From positions 1-64,000 of the IMG/VR virus record IMGVR_UViG_3300018894_000001: a DNA stretch of 64,000 bases. One strand, written 5' to 3'. This document shows, one piece after another, positions 53,393 to 62,903 of the stretch. Each line of letters begins with the position of its first letter. Position 1 is the first letter of the stretch. Below the pieces are notes generated by a model. That model saw only the letters and a program-made list of their open reading frames with translations, was not told where the DNA came from and made no database searches. A program made the position numbers and the translations under genes. This DNA is from a virus.

Positions 53393-54961
53393 CTACATGC
53401 TCCGCTCGACGCCCGCGCTGAAGTCGAAACCTCCCATGTCGCCCCAGTCCACCTCTTCGCCGAGCATCAACTCGGTGATGGCCCACACCACCGAGTCCAT
53501 CCGGTTGGGGCTCGACTTCGAACGCCCCGGGACCCAGGTGGTCTGCTCGTCCTCCAGCGCCACCAGCCGCCCCACGTGGTGGACCATGTCGCGCTCGTAG
53601 AGGGCCGCCACCGGCTCGGCGCGCACCGCCTTGCCTCGGGAGGCTGTGACCATCTTCACGTTGACCTGGCGCCCCATCTCCTTCGCCTTGGAGCGGATGT
53701 TGGTGAGCACCAGGTCGCCACCGAAGTTCTTCTCCGCTACCACGACGTCGGCCTTCTCCCGCTCGTACAGCGCCAGCGCCTTCGTTGCCCATGCCTCGGC
53801 GGAGAGCTTCCCCGAGGCGTCTTCCCAGACGTAGGCGTGCCCATCCGTCGCGCGGCCGGCGCAGGTGATGCCCACCTCGTCATTCTCCGGGCCGTCGCCG
53901 CCGCTCGGGTCCACGGCAACGACGATGCGTACCATATCCAGTGGCTGTCCCAGGCTGTCGGTGGGGCGAGCGGGCCTGCGCGAGCGGTCGAGAATCTCTT
54001 GGGTCCAGAGCGCGCCCACGGCCGCAGCCTTGAATGCCTCCTCTGCGGTGGCCGGGTACTCTCGCCGGAAGTGGTGGACGCCGCCGAGCTCCACGATTTT
54101 CGAGCGCCGCCACGCCATCTGCTCGACGTCCAGCCCATGCTCTTCCTGGTAGCGCTCTTCCTCGCTCGTGAGGACGAAGCCCTTCGCGGGCGCCTTGCGG
54201 TACTCCGCGCTCCAGAACCACGGCACGAAGATGAGCTGGTAGTCGCCTTCTCCACGCTGTGCGGCCATGGCGATTTCGTAGAAGACGCCGGCCGGCCCGT
54301 TGCTCGTGGACTCGAGGATGATTTCGGTGCCTGGCAGGTCCGGCACCGCCTGGAGCACGCCAGCCACGTGCGTGTCAGCATTGGGCCAGAAGGCCACCTC
54401 CGAGCCGTGGAAGTAGTGGATGGTGGAGCCGCGCCCCGTTCCCCTGCTTCCGGCAGTGCCGACTTTGTAGCCGCTGTTCAGCTGGTCGAAGAGCAATTCC
54501 TTGGCGTTCGCCGCTCCGGTGGACGGCCTCACGCCCTCCGGGCAATTGTCATGGTACATCTTCGCCATGTCGAAGAGGTTCGTGGTCGCGCTGTCCTCAT
54601 GCGTGAGGATGTACGCGCGCCGCCCCTTCTGGCTCGTCACCTTGTGGTAGTAGCGGGCCTCCGTGTACGTCGAGCAGCCCTGCTGCCGTCCTTTCAGGAT
54701 GACGGCGCGCACCCGGCCAGTCTCGCGCAGCTGCTCCTCCAGGCGCTGGTGGATGTACACCTGGGGCTGGTTCAGCTTCAGAGGGTGAATGCCGCCTTCC
54801 TTCGTGCGGATGAAGAGGCATGTGGCGGCGAAGTGCGGGAAGTCCTCCCGCAGTCGCTGCCGCTCAGCCCGTTTCGTCCTCTCCGCCTCCACCGCCGTCA
54901 GCAGTGTCAGGGCCGAGGAGTGCGCGCTGCGCGATGCGCCCGAGCGCCTCAAGGTCGTCAT
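53393..54961 (-). CDS. Terminase large subunit
   Basis: Walker A-like ILKGRQQGCST and a nuclease-domain pattern (VAVDPSGG...VVVAEKNFGGD). The start is uncertain because it overlaps the upstream gene. Confidence 0.85.
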   Translation of the reverse strand: MTTLRRSGASRSAHSSALTLLTAVEAERTKRAERQRLREDFPHFAATCLFIRTKEGGIHPLKLNQPQVYIHQRLEEQLRETGRVRAVILKGRQQGCSTYTEARYYHKVTSQKGRRAYILTHEDSATTNLFDMAKMYHDNCPEGVRPSTGAANAKELLFDQLNSGYKVGTAGSRGTGRGSTIHYFHGSEVAFWPNADTHVAGVLQAVPDLPGTEIILESTSNGPAGVFYEIAMAAQRGEGDYQLIFVPWFWSAEYRKAPAKGFVLTSEEERYQEEHGLDVEQMAWRRSKIVELGGVHHFRREYPATAEEAFKAAAVGALWTQEILDRSRRPARPTDSLGQPLDMVRIVVAVDPSGGDGPENDEVGITCAGRATDGHAYVWEDASGKLSAEAWATKALALYEREKADVVVAEKNFGGDLVLTNIRSKAKEMGRQVNVKMVTASRGKAVRAEPVAALYERDMVHHVGRLVALEDEQTTWVPGRSKSSPNRMDSVVWAITELMLGEEVDWGDMGGFDFSAGVERSM

Positions 54962-55340
54962 CGGACAAGTGCTCCAGGTTGTCGAGGGAAACGCTCAGCG
55001 GACCGCCGCCAGCGCCCGTCACCTCAATGAACTTCTGCGCCGTGCCATGCATCCTGTCGTAGAGCACCTTCTGCGCGGCGATGCTCTCCGCGAAACTGGG
55101 CGGCTCCTCCACCTGTACCACACCGTCCTTCGTGACGATGTGCCGCACGCGCGTCACCTTTCCAAGCACCACTGATCGTAGAAAGTCACCACCCTCTTTG
55201 CCGTTGCGGGTCTGCAGGCGCAGGTACTTAGCGAGCCCAGCGGCGCCCTTGGGACGGCCGTTGGGGTTGCCGCTCGTCTTTGGCGGGAAGGGGCGTCCAG
55301 GCGGCTTCTTCCCGCCGCTGTTACCAGCGTCGTCGCCCAT
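54864..55340 (-). CDS. Small terminase-like protein
   Basis: N-terminal PGRPFPPKTSGNPNGRPKG motif, common in small proteins encoded just upstream of large terminases. Confidence 0.5.
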   Translation of the reverse strand: MGDDAGNSGGKKPPGRPFPPKTSGNPNGRPKGAAGLAKYLRLQTRNGKEGGDFLRSVVLGKVTRVRHIVTKDGVVQVEEPPSFAESIAAQKVLYDRMHGTAQKFIEVTGAGGGPLSVSLDNLEHLSDDDLEALGRIAQRALLGPDTADGGGGGEDETG

Positions 55341-55343
55341 GGC

Positions 55344-55685
55344 CTACAGCGACTCCGGGCACAGGTCGGCCAGGACGTCATTGCGCGGCCGTGCAGTACT
55401 CCAGTCGTCGCGCGCGTCGAACTCGTCCAGCGCGTCCAGGTGGGCCCTGGTGATTTGCCGTGGCCCCAAGTCCGGCACGTTGCGCCTCGCTGGAGTCTGC
55501 CCGCGGGCGTCCTCAGTGCGCAGCCCCTGCCCAAGCCCCGCCTCCTGCAGCCACCGGACGATGGAGCGGCGCCCAGCGCCCGTGCGCTGCGCGAGGATGT
55601 CGTAAGAAAGGTTCGGGTCGCCGCGGCGGAGCGCCAGCACGCGCGCCTTGACGAGGTTCTCGTCTGAGGGGCCTTTACATGCCAT
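55344..55685 (-). CDS. HTH DNA-binding protein (packaging-associated or regulatory)
   Basis: LSYDILAQRTGAGRRSIVRWLQEAG helix-turn-helix. Confidence 0.5.
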   Translation of the reverse strand: MACKGPSDENLVKARVLALRRGDPNLSYDILAQRTGAGRRSIVRWLQEAGLGQGLRTEDARGQTPARRNVPDLGPRQITRAHLDALDEFDARDDWSTARPRNDVLADLCPESL

Positions 55686-55833
55686 GTCGTAATCGTTGGC
55701 ATGGATTCGTGGCCATTCGCAACCACGCGCCCATGCAGTCAGCGTTGTGGGGACGCTGGTAACAGCGCCAGCGACACATCGCATCCCGAAGGGCGGGTGG
55801 ACGCTGGCCACAAATGGCGCGTAGCACGGTGGC

Positions 55834-56328
55834 ATGCCGATTCGTTTCGCGTTGCTGTCGGTGTTGGCCCTCCTCTGTGCGTCCTCCGCCTCAGCCCAGT
55901 CTCTCCTCTCGTGCACGGCCGGCGTCCAGTGCCCCGGGAGGTACTACTGGGAAACCTCGCCAACCACGCGCACCCCGCCCAGCGCCGCGCCGGTGTCCGG
56001 CACCGTGGGGAGCGGGATGAACTTGGCGGGCACCTACGGGGTAATCGTCAGCGTGTGCCCGGAGGCGGGGCAGACTCTGACGGGCACCGGGACTCTCCGC
56101 GCGCTGGTGTGGGACCACTCCGCGGGCGCCGCCTCGGGCTGGATGTGGAGCCCCGAGGCCGACTTGACGCTCTCCAAGGTGACGACGCTGGCCAACCCGT
56201 GCGTCACCTTCGGCGACCGTCAGGTTGCCTACCGGGCGGGCCGGGCGCTGCTGTACGTGCCGGACGGCGTGGGCGTCTCCGGCGGAAGCACCGTGGCGGT
56301 GCGCCTTAGCGCGCAGGTGTCCCCATGA
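55834..56328 (+). CDS. Secreted protein
   Basis: Signal peptide MPIRFALLSVLALLCASSASA-QS. Confidence 0.55.
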   Translation: MPIRFALLSVLALLCASSASAQSLLSCTAGVQCPGRYYWETSPTTRTPPSAAPVSGTVGSGMNLAGTYGVIVSVCPEAGQTLTGTGTLRALVWDHSAGAASGWMWSPEADLTLSKVTTLANPCVTFGDRQVAYRAGRALLYVPDGVGVSGGSTVAVRLSAQVSP

Positions 56329-56948
56329 AGGTGGCGTTCCTTCTGCTTATGCTGCCGGCGCTCGCGGCTGCCCAGTTCATCCCGAAGACTTCAGGTGGTG
56401 GTGGTGGCGGCGGTGGCGGCGAAGCCTGCACCCTGGACGGCACGACGGCGGTATTCGCGAGCTACTTCCGCGCAACCGCGACGTCCGGCACCGGCTACCA
56501 GTGTGACGCGCTTCTGGCGTCCTGCATCGACTTGGGACCCGGGGCCCGGAATTACATCGGCACCAACGCGGCGGGCGACATTCTGCTGGGCCCGGACTCA
56601 GGCACTGCCACGGTGGTGCGCATCTTCGGCACCGCTTACGCAGCTGGGTTTGCCACAACTAACGGCATCTTTGACGCAACCCTCAATACGTACATTGGGA
56701 ACACGTGGCCAGGCGAGCCGCTCAAGGTGGATGACGCCGAGGGCTTGAAGCTGGTGGGGCGGACGACTCTGGCCACGTGCTCGGCCTCGCTTCGCGGCAC
56801 CCTGCAGTCGTTCTTGTTCGCCGCCGGCTCAGGCACGGCGGACAGGTTGTGTTGGTGCCGCAGCGACAACGCCGCGAGCCCCACATACCGCTGGGTTAAT
56901 GCGATGTCGGGAAACGTTGGAACCACTGCCACGGAGTGCCCGCTGTGA
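56325..56948 (+). CDS. Secreted protein with a Gly9 tract
   Basis: Signal peptide MKVAFLLLMLPALAAA-QF and nine Gly codons at 56394-56420. Confidence 0.55.
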   Translation: MKVAFLLLMLPALAAAQFIPKTSGGGGGGGGGEACTLDGTTAVFASYFRATATSGTGYQCDALLASCIDLGPGARNYIGTNAAGDILLGPDSGTATVVRIFGTAYAAGFATTNGIFDATLNTYIGNTWPGEPLKVDDAEGLKLVGRTTLATCSASLRGTLQSFLFAAGSGTADRLCWCRSDNAASPTYRWVNAMSGNVGTTATECPL

Positions 56949-57625
56949 CTGCGATTCTCCTTTCGATGCTCCTGGCAGCCAGTTGCCCAGCCCCAGCCAC
57001 CCGGCTGCTTCCCACCATCGGCGGCTATGGCGACTCCATCATGTTCGGCGTCGGTGGTGGAAGCCCGCTGGCGCGGTTGGACTCCACCTTGCCAGGGGGT
57101 GCGTCGTACGGCTGGCTCACCTCCAACCGCGCCGTGTCTGGAGAGACGGCGGCGCAGATTCGCACCAGGTACACGGCAGAGGAGGCCACCGCATGCGACG
57201 GCAAGCGCTGCGCCGTCCTGTTTCTGGAGGGTGGCGTCAACTCACTGCGCAGCGGCGTGACTCCGGCGGCGACGTTGACGGACATGGTGTGGATTGTGGA
57301 CGACGCGCTCGCCAAGGGCATCTGGATCGTCTGGCTGGACGTGACGCCCTATGGCTCCTTCTCTGGCGCGGGCACCAACCCGCAGGGACAAGCCACCGGG
57401 TACAACGCGGCCATGGCCATCGCCTGCGCGGCACGGGTGAGCAGCAGACTCAGGTGCGTCTTCAACTACGCGGCGCTGGAGAACCCTGCGACGCCCGGCA
57501 CGCTGCTGGCCACGTACAACAGCGGAGACGGCATCCACCTGTCCGTTGCCGGTGCGAACTACCTGGGCGACGCCGCGTACGTCGCGTTGTTGCAGATGGC
57601 GCCCCTTGGCCTGGTGGCGCCGTAG
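56936..57625 (+). CDS. SGNH/GDSL-family hydrolase, possibly a lipoprotein
   Basis: Block I GGYGDSIMFG, block III-like EGGVNS and block V GDGIHLS. N-terminus LLAASC. Alternative GTG start at 56945. Confidence 0.7.
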   Translation: MPAVTAILLSMLLAASCPAPATRLLPTIGGYGDSIMFGVGGGSPLARLDSTLPGGASYGWLTSNRAVSGETAAQIRTRYTAEEATACDGKRCAVLFLEGGVNSLRSGVTPAATLTDMVWIVDDALAKGIWIVWLDVTPYGSFSGAGTNPQGQATGYNAAMAIACAARVSSRLRCVFNYAALENPATPGTLLATYNSGDGIHLSVAGANYLGDAAYVALLQMAPLGLVAP

Positions 57626-57696
57626 CACCAGCTGCATTTCGCTGCACCGCCGAGGGGAGCCCAGCATGTGCTCGCCCTCGGCTTCACCTGACGCAT

Positions 57697-58035
57697 GTGG
57701 AGCCCTGCTTGAGTTCGTCCGACGCCCCCGCCCGCCTCTCCGGGGCTACCACTATCACCCTGTCCGCACTCGTGGGCCTGCTCACCAGCGGCGCGGGCGC
57801 GCTCGTGAATTACGGCATGCTCTCCGCCGACGTGCGGCACGTCCGGGAAATTGCCTCCGAGCTCCGGGACGACCAGAAGGCCGCGGCGACGCAGTCGGAG
57901 AACACGCGAGACCGAGTGGCCCGCCTCGAGGAGCGCATGTCCGGCATCGACCAGACGCTGGGGCGCATTGAGGGCAAGGTGGACAAGCTCGGCGCCGCAG
58001 CGGCGCCGGCCGTGTACCGGAGGGTCATCCGATGA
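57697..58035 (+). CDS. Holin candidate
   Basis: Single TM helix ITLSALVGLLTSGAGALVNYGML followed by a charged coiled-coil tail. ATGA overlap with the endolysin gene. GTG start is uncertain. Confidence 0.45.
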   Translation: MEPCLSSSDAPARLSGATTITLSALVGLLTSGAGALVNYGMLSADVRHVREIASELRDDQKAAATQSENTRDRVARLEERMSGIDQTLGRIEGKVDKLGAAAAPAVYRRVIR

Positions 58036-58559
58036 AGCTCCCGCAGCGCCTCATGCAGTGGAAGGACGTCGTGGAGCCGTGCGCGCGCTACTACCGCCTG
58101 GACTCGGCTCTCGTCTACGCCGTCATGGACAGGGAGTCCAACGGCGGCGAGCTACTCAAGCCCCGCGGGCCCGGCGGCACCGGGGACTTCGGCCACGGCA
58201 GAGGCCTTATGCAGATCGATGACCGGGCACACCCCTTCACCTCTTGCGAGGACGACACGGGCCGCGCGCTCTGGGCTGACGCCTGGTTCAACGTCTCCTA
58301 CGCCTGCCGCCTGCTCGCGCGCCTCATGCTCACCTTCAACGGTGACGTAGCAGCGGCCGTGGGAGCGTACAACACGGGCGCCGGCAACGTGCGCAAGGCA
58401 CTGGCGGGCGTGGCGGCGACGGCGAGCCTTGAGGAGCGCGTCAAGGCCGTGGACAGGTACACGGCGGGCCATGACTACGTGCGGGACGTGCTACGGCGGC
58501 GAGCGTCCTTCCTCGGCGAGCCCGGGCCGGTGCCGCCGCCGGTGCGCCCCATTGCCTGA
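58032..58559 (+). CDS. Lytic transglycosylase (SLT-domain) endolysin
   Basis: DRESNG (catalytic Glu), GLMQI and AYNTGAGNV motifs. Confidence 0.8.
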   Translation: MKLPQRLMQWKDVVEPCARYYRLDSALVYAVMDRESNGGELLKPRGPGGTGDFGHGRGLMQIDDRAHPFTSCEDDTGRALWADAWFNVSYACRLLARLMLTFNGDVAAAVGAYNTGAGNVRKALAGVAATASLEERVKAVDRYTAGHDYVRDVLRRRASFLGEPGPVPPPVRPIA

Positions 58560-58676
58560 AAAGACGAAGGGCCCCGGTCGTTCAACCCGAGGCCCTTCAC
58601 CCTGGACCTTGGCGGTACCCAGAGACACTTGGCGGTGCACGCCCTTTCTACCTCACCGCGAGCTGAGCGCAAGCCC

Positions 58677-58841
58677 ATGACCTGCCACAACGTCACCTGC
58701 GCCACGCCGCCGTGCTGGCGCCTCACCGAGGCCGAGCGCCCGGGGCTCGTCTTCCACGCCTGCGCCGCGCACTTGGTGCCGCTGCTCACCGCGAGCGCGG
58801 CGCACGTGCTGGAGCGCCTGCCGGAAGGTCAGCCCGCGTGA
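58677..58841 (+). CDS. Small Cys-containing ORF, low confidence
   Basis: 54 aa with no clear Shine-Dalgarno sequence. Confidence 0.3.
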   Translation: MTCHNVTCATPPCWRLTEAERPGLVFHACAAHLVPLLTASAAHVLERLPEGQPA

Positions 58842-60478
58842 CCCTTGAGCCCGTAGCGCTTCGCTTCGGCCTGCGTAGGCGCGCACGTGATGCAGCGCAC
58901 ACCCCAGTGGAAGATGTGGCCTGGGTGCTCAGTCAGCATCTTGAGCACGTCGGGGTGGACAGCATCGAAGACCTTCAGGTCCCGCTCCAGCCGCCTCATC
59001 TGGGCCTTGAGCGCATCAACTCCCGCCTGCTCCCGCGAGCCGGGGGCCTTGAGCGCCGCTACCCGAGCCAGCGCGTCGCGTGCCCCCTCTGCGCGGCCCA
59101 TGTGGCGGAGTTCCCATTCAGGGACGCGACTGGTGCGTGCCGCGTTGCGCTGCTCTTCGGCGTATTCCTCGACAACGCCGATAATCGCATCGAGCGCGAA
59201 GTGACGCGCTGGGGAGGACTTCAGGCTGCGGATGGTGTCGGCGATTTGCCCGGCGGTGTTATCCATGGCCTCCGCAGCAACGGGGCTGTGGTCGCGCTGG
59301 ACTGCCTCCGCGCGCGCGGCGCGCGCCTTCTCCCGGGCTGCATCTGCCGCGTCCGCAGCCTCCTCAAGGGCCGCGTCGCGGGCATCCCTGGCGATGATAT
59401 CTCTCAGCGGCTCGGACATGCCATCGACGCGCAGGGCGACGGGCTCCCGGGACACCCGTGCGGCGACCTGGTCCACCGTCAAGTTGGCCTGCCCGGCTGG
59501 AGAGAACAGCGGTGCACTCGGCATGAGGCATCGCCACGTCAAGGCGTCCGTGTCGAAGTCGTGTTCGCATCGACGCTTGCCGCATCGCGTGCAGGAGGTA
59601 TCAGGAGAGTGCTTGGCGGTCCCAACCTGAGCGACTGCGTCCACCAATGCATCCCGCCAACGGCCGTACTGCATAGCGCTCGCGGCGGTGGCCGCCGCGT
59701 CTTGCAACGTCTTCATGTCTGCTTCCAATGTGGTGGCCTGGGCCTTCCAGTGGTCGCGCTCGCGGGTGGCGCGCTCCATCTCGGCATTCGCCATGGAGAC
59801 GGCGTCCATTGCGGCGCTCAGCGCTGCCTGGGCGGCGTCCCGCTGGCGCTCCAGCATGGCGCGGGCCTCTCGCTCCACGGTCGCTTCATTGCGCGCATCC
59901 TCTGCCTCCCTACGAGCTGCATCCGCATCCGTTTCCGCAGCCGTCACCTCTGCCTCCAGCGTGGCGACCTGCGCGCGGAGGGACAGGATTTCGAGGTACT
60001 TCGCAAGATTGCCGTCGCGCTCCTCGCGGACCTGGAGGGTGAGCAACTCCGCCTCCTGCCGGGCGGCGTCGCGCTCGCCCCGGCGCGTCTCCACCTGGGC
60101 GCGGAGGGCGCGCAGCTCCTCCAGCAGAGCGGCGCCGGGGTGGGGTTGTTCTGCAGCCGCGCGGAAGCTCCCCGCCAGTCCCTCGGCGGTGTCGGCGGTG
60201 ATTTGCACGATGCCGTCCCGGGTCGCCTCCTTCGCCAGCCCCTCGAAGGCCGCAACCGCCGTGCGCAGTTCTGCACGCAGCGCCGCGTTGTCGGCCTCCA
60301 GTGCCTCCGTGCCGCGCTTCGACTCCGCCAGCGCGCGGGCGAGTTCGTAAACCCGGGCGTGGTCCGGCTTCGGTGGCCCCTGCACGAGAATGCCCATTCG
60401 TCCTTCGTACAGCGTGACACGGAGGTCAGGCAGAACGTCTCCCTCCCACACCACGTCACTGCTCTTCGTCTCGTCCAT
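58829..60478 (-). CDS. Coiled-coil protein, paralog 3 of 3
   Basis: GGAGGG lies 6 nt upstream of ATG 60478. Contains HPGAALLEELRALRAQV and LRAQVATLEAEV, plus a CTRCGKRRC cluster. Confidence 0.6.
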   Translation of the reverse strand: MDETKSSDVVWEGDVLPDLRVTLYEGRMGILVQGPPKPDHARVYELARALAESKRGTEALEADNAALRAELRTAVAAFEGLAKEATRDGIVQITADTAEGLAGSFRAAAEQPHPGAALLEELRALRAQVETRRGERDAARQEAELLTLQVREERDGNLAKYLEILSLRAQVATLEAEVTAAETDADAARREAEDARNEATVEREARAMLERQRDAAQAALSAAMDAVSMANAEMERATRERDHWKAQATTLEADMKTLQDAAATAASAMQYGRWRDALVDAVAQVGTAKHSPDTSCTRCGKRRCEHDFDTDALTWRCLMPSAPLFSPAGQANLTVDQVAARVSREPVALRVDGMSEPLRDIIARDARDAALEEAADAADAAREKARAARAEAVQRDHSPVAAEAMDNTAGQIADTIRSLKSSPARHFALDAIIGVVEEYAEEQRNAARTSRVPEWELRHMGRAEGARDALARVAALKAPGSREQAGVDALKAQMRRLERDLKVFDAVHPDVLKMLTEHPGHIFHWGVRCITCAPTQAEAKRYGLKGHAG

Positions 60479-60566
60479 GTCCGTCCCTCCGGCGCCGTGC
60501 GCCAGCATCGTCATACGCGCGCCGTGTGATCGCGCAAACTTTCACCCCGCAGCCCAGGAGTCCGCC

Positions 60567-61094
60567 GTGTCCCAGAGCAACGAACCGCAGTTTGACATCG
60601 ACGTGCAGCCCCCCGCCCCCGCCCGTGAGGGCTCCGTCAACCTCGCGAGCATCGGCGCGGCCAGCGCTGCCGCTCCCCAGCCGAAGATGGACGGCGAGGG
60701 CGTGGAGAGTTCTCAGCAGGCGCCCCAGCCCGCCCCGGCGACCGAGTCCAAGCCGCTGGTGTCCGGGCGCGCTGGCGCGGTGCTCGGCATCATCTCGCTC
60801 ATGGCCGCCGCGGGCGCCGGCTTCACCACAGGCACGGTGCAAGGCGTGCTCGTGGTGCTGGCCATGCTGTCCGGGCTGGCGGTGGGCAAGTTCGCCGTGG
60901 ACGTCCCGGCATTCGCCGCCGGGCGGCCCCTCGTCTCGGGAAGCTGGGCTCTGTTGGCGACGGCTGGCGCTGGGCACCTCGGCACGCTCGCCAACGTGCT
61001 GCCGCCGGGCCTGGGTGCGTCGCTGGCGGTGGCTGGCGGCGCGCTCTGCTGTCTGCTGGCCGGGCTGCCGTTCTCGCGGCCCGTGAAGCGGTAG
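60567..61094 (+). CDS. Multi-pass membrane protein
   Basis: AGGAG upstream of the GTG start. Gly/Ala-rich hydrophobic helices in the C-terminal two thirds. Confidence 0.5.
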   Translation: MSQSNEPQFDIDVQPPAPAREGSVNLASIGAASAAAPQPKMDGEGVESSQQAPQPAPATESKPLVSGRAGAVLGIISLMAAAGAGFTTGTVQGVLVVLAMLSGLAVGKFAVDVPAFAAGRPLVSGSWALLATAGAGHLGTLANVLPPGLGASLAVAGGALCCLLAGLPFSRPVKR

Positions 61095-61139
61095 CGTGAA
61101 CCACTGGGCCCCGGGACATGCACCCGGGGCCCGCCGGCC

Positions 61140-61661
61140 CTACCGCGGGGCCTGCTCGAGCGCGTAGACGCCGTAAATCTGGCCGTCGGGGCCCCTCTCC
61201 ACGTCCTCCGGGCCCGTGCCCGGCGAGTACACGTCGCGGCGCCCATGCCCGCGCAGCGCCTGGGCAACCATGGTGGACACGACGTATTGCGGCTGCGACT
61301 GCGCCACGACCTCCATTCGTGCGCCGCTGCTGCTGCCGGTGGGGACGTACTCCGTACGAGCCTGGGGCGGCGGCAGGTTGAAGACGCGGCCTGGAGTTGA
61401 GGGGCCACGAACCTGAAAGCCGGTGCCGCGTAAGTAGTGCATGGCACTGTCCATCTGGCGCCAATCGAGAGACTGGGCCAGAGCCATCTCCACCCGGGCT
61501 ACATGGCCGGACGGCGCGAGGTCGGCCAGCAGCGTGAAGCCGCCGCCAGGCTTGCGCGCCAGCAGGCGCACGACGTGCGGGGTGAGGTTCACGAACCGGC
61601 AGCGGATCTCCGCTCCGCGGTCCTGGTCCTCGGGCACTACCGGGTAGATTTTCCTGTCCAC
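61140..61661 (-). CDS. Hypothetical protein
   Basis: 173 aa with protein-like composition. Confidence 0.5.
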   Translation of the reverse strand: MDRKIYPVVPEDQDRGAEIRCRFVNLTPHVVRLLARKPGGGFTLLADLAPSGHVARVEMALAQSLDWRQMDSAMHYLRGTGFQVRGPSTPGRVFNLPPPQARTEYVPTGSSSGARMEVVAQSQPQYVVSTMVAQALRGHGRRDVYSPGTGPEDVERGPDGQIYGVYALEQAPR

Positions 61662-61723
61662 GTTCGACTCCTGCCCGCGGCGCGGGCGTCATGGGTGTGC
61701 TGCATCGCCTTTCGGCATCACTG

Positions 61724-61993
61724 CTACCAGGACTCCCGAGCGGCGGACCAGTCGTGCGCCATGGCCTCGCGCCGCGCGATGTCTTCGTCAATGGCGTTGC
61801 GCTCCTCCTCAGCTCGGATGGCGTCCGCCGCCGCTTCGCGCGCCATTTCCTCGCAACTCCAGCAGGGCTCGCCGAACTCGGGTGCGGCCGGCGACAGAGC
61901 CCGATAGTCTCCAATGGCCGCCGCGCAGTCCGCGCAGCAGGCGCCCTCATAGCCGCGTCGGGTGACGTAGTGGGTGTTGATGCCGATGTCCAT
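61724..61993 (-). CDS. Small Cys-rich hypothetical protein
   Basis: ORF with CC..C and C..C clusters. Confidence 0.45.
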   Translation of the reverse strand: MDIGINTHYVTRRGYEGACCADCAAAIGDYRALSPAAPEFGEPCWSCEEMAREAAADAIRAEEERNAIDEDIARREAMAHDWSAARESW

Positions 61994-62022
61994 GGTGGTC
62001 CCCTCTGGCTGGTTGATGGTTA

Positions 62023-62244
62023 CTACCCGATGACGAGGTCAGACCCATCGCTCGCGGCCAGCAACTCGACCAGGAAGTGAGCGTAGGTGCAGGGCGCGTG
62101 GGCACCGTGGAGCGCCTCCCGCATGTCGTCGTCCACGTTCTGCAGCGCCTGCTCCAAGAGGTGCTGGGCCTGTTGCTCCGGAAGCTTGCGCGCCTCGTCA
62201 GCGGTGATGCGGGGGCCTGCTCCGTTGCCGAGAATGAGGTCCAT
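62023..62244 (-). CDS. Small hypothetical protein
   Basis: ORF in the leftward operon. Confidence 0.45.
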   Translation of the reverse strand: MDLILGNGAGPRITADEARKLPEQQAQHLLEQALQNVDDDMREALHGAHAPCTYAHFLVELLAASDGSDLVIG

Positions 62245-62276
62245 GGCGACTCCTGTGTGATGTGAGCAGCTGGGTG

Positions 62277-62471
62277 CTACTTCTGGGCTTCGGCGTTGAT
62301 ACGGCGCTCATGCATGTCCACGAGCGCCTTGAACTTCTTCTCCAAACGCGAGCCCTTGGCGATGTCCAGGCACTCCTGCGCCAACGACTTGCACAACCTC
62401 TCGTCCTTCGGCTGAGCGTAGAGGGCTTTCATGTACTTCGCATGCGCTGCGTCGAGAGTTGCTTGCGACAC
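62277..62471 (-). CDS. Small Lys-rich hypothetical protein
   Basis: Lower-GC ORF in the leftward operon. Confidence 0.45.
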   Translation of the reverse strand: MSQATLDAAHAKYMKALYAQPKDERLCKSLAQECLDIAKGSRLEKKFKALVDMHERRINAEAQK

Positions 62472-62540
62472 GGTCGCCTCCTTGGATGTGCTGCATGGTG
62501 TCGGGTAGCGCCCGGCAGTCTCCCCGCTCTCGGGCAGCTG

Positions 62541-62855
62541 CTACCAGAAGATGCGCGCGGCAACGAGAGCGCCGAGAATGCTGGCGCCCTTCGCGCTCGG
62601 CGCCTTGATCCGGCGATTGCGCCTGACCTCCTCGGTGAGGTCTCGAAGCGTGGCGGCGGCCAGTACGCCAGGAATGCCCTCGGCAACCTCACGAGCGTTG
62701 ATGCAGCGACGCACGTCAGCCGCGTCATCAGCATGCGACTGCGCCGCGCCCAGGTCCCCAGTCGCATCGCAGGCGCGGGCGCTGGCCTCGGATTCCTCCT
62801 CCTGCGCCTCCAGCTCGAGCATCGTCCGCCCACACCACGCGCACTTGTGAACCAT
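62541..62855 (-). CDS. Hypothetical protein with N-terminal CxxC and a C-terminal hydrophobic tail
   Basis: Trimmed to ATG 62855, directly downstream of the promoter at 62904-62944. Confidence 0.5.
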   Translation of the reverse strand: MVHKCAWCGRTMLELEAQEEESEASARACDATGDLGAAQSHADDAADVRRCINAREVAEGIPGVLAAATLRDLTEEVRRNRRIKAPSAKGASILGALVAARIFW

Positions 62856-62903
62856 GACCAGTCCCTTCGTTCCGCTGGGCTGCATTGCCCAGCGGTGAAG
62901 ACA

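Noticed and set aside
53255-55030. 591-aa plus-strand ORF
   Set aside because: It lies antisense to the large terminase, which has Walker A and nuclease-like motifs.
56394-56420. GGT/GGC triplet run considered as a phase-variable simple-sequence repeat
   Set aside because: The codons are mixed GGT/GGC, so the tract is not a perfect repeat. Any slippage would be in frame and would only change linker length, so it is not a convincing contingency locus.
58560-58605. Hairpin GAAGGGCC...GGCCCTTC after the endolysin gene, considered as a terminator
   Set aside because: The stem has 8 bp with a 17-nt loop and no U-tract, so it is not convincing as an intrinsic terminator.
58712-60529. 605-aa plus-strand ORF
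   Set aside because: It lies antisense to coiled-coil paralog 3, whose frame has a strong Shine-Dalgarno sequence and homology to the two other paralogs.
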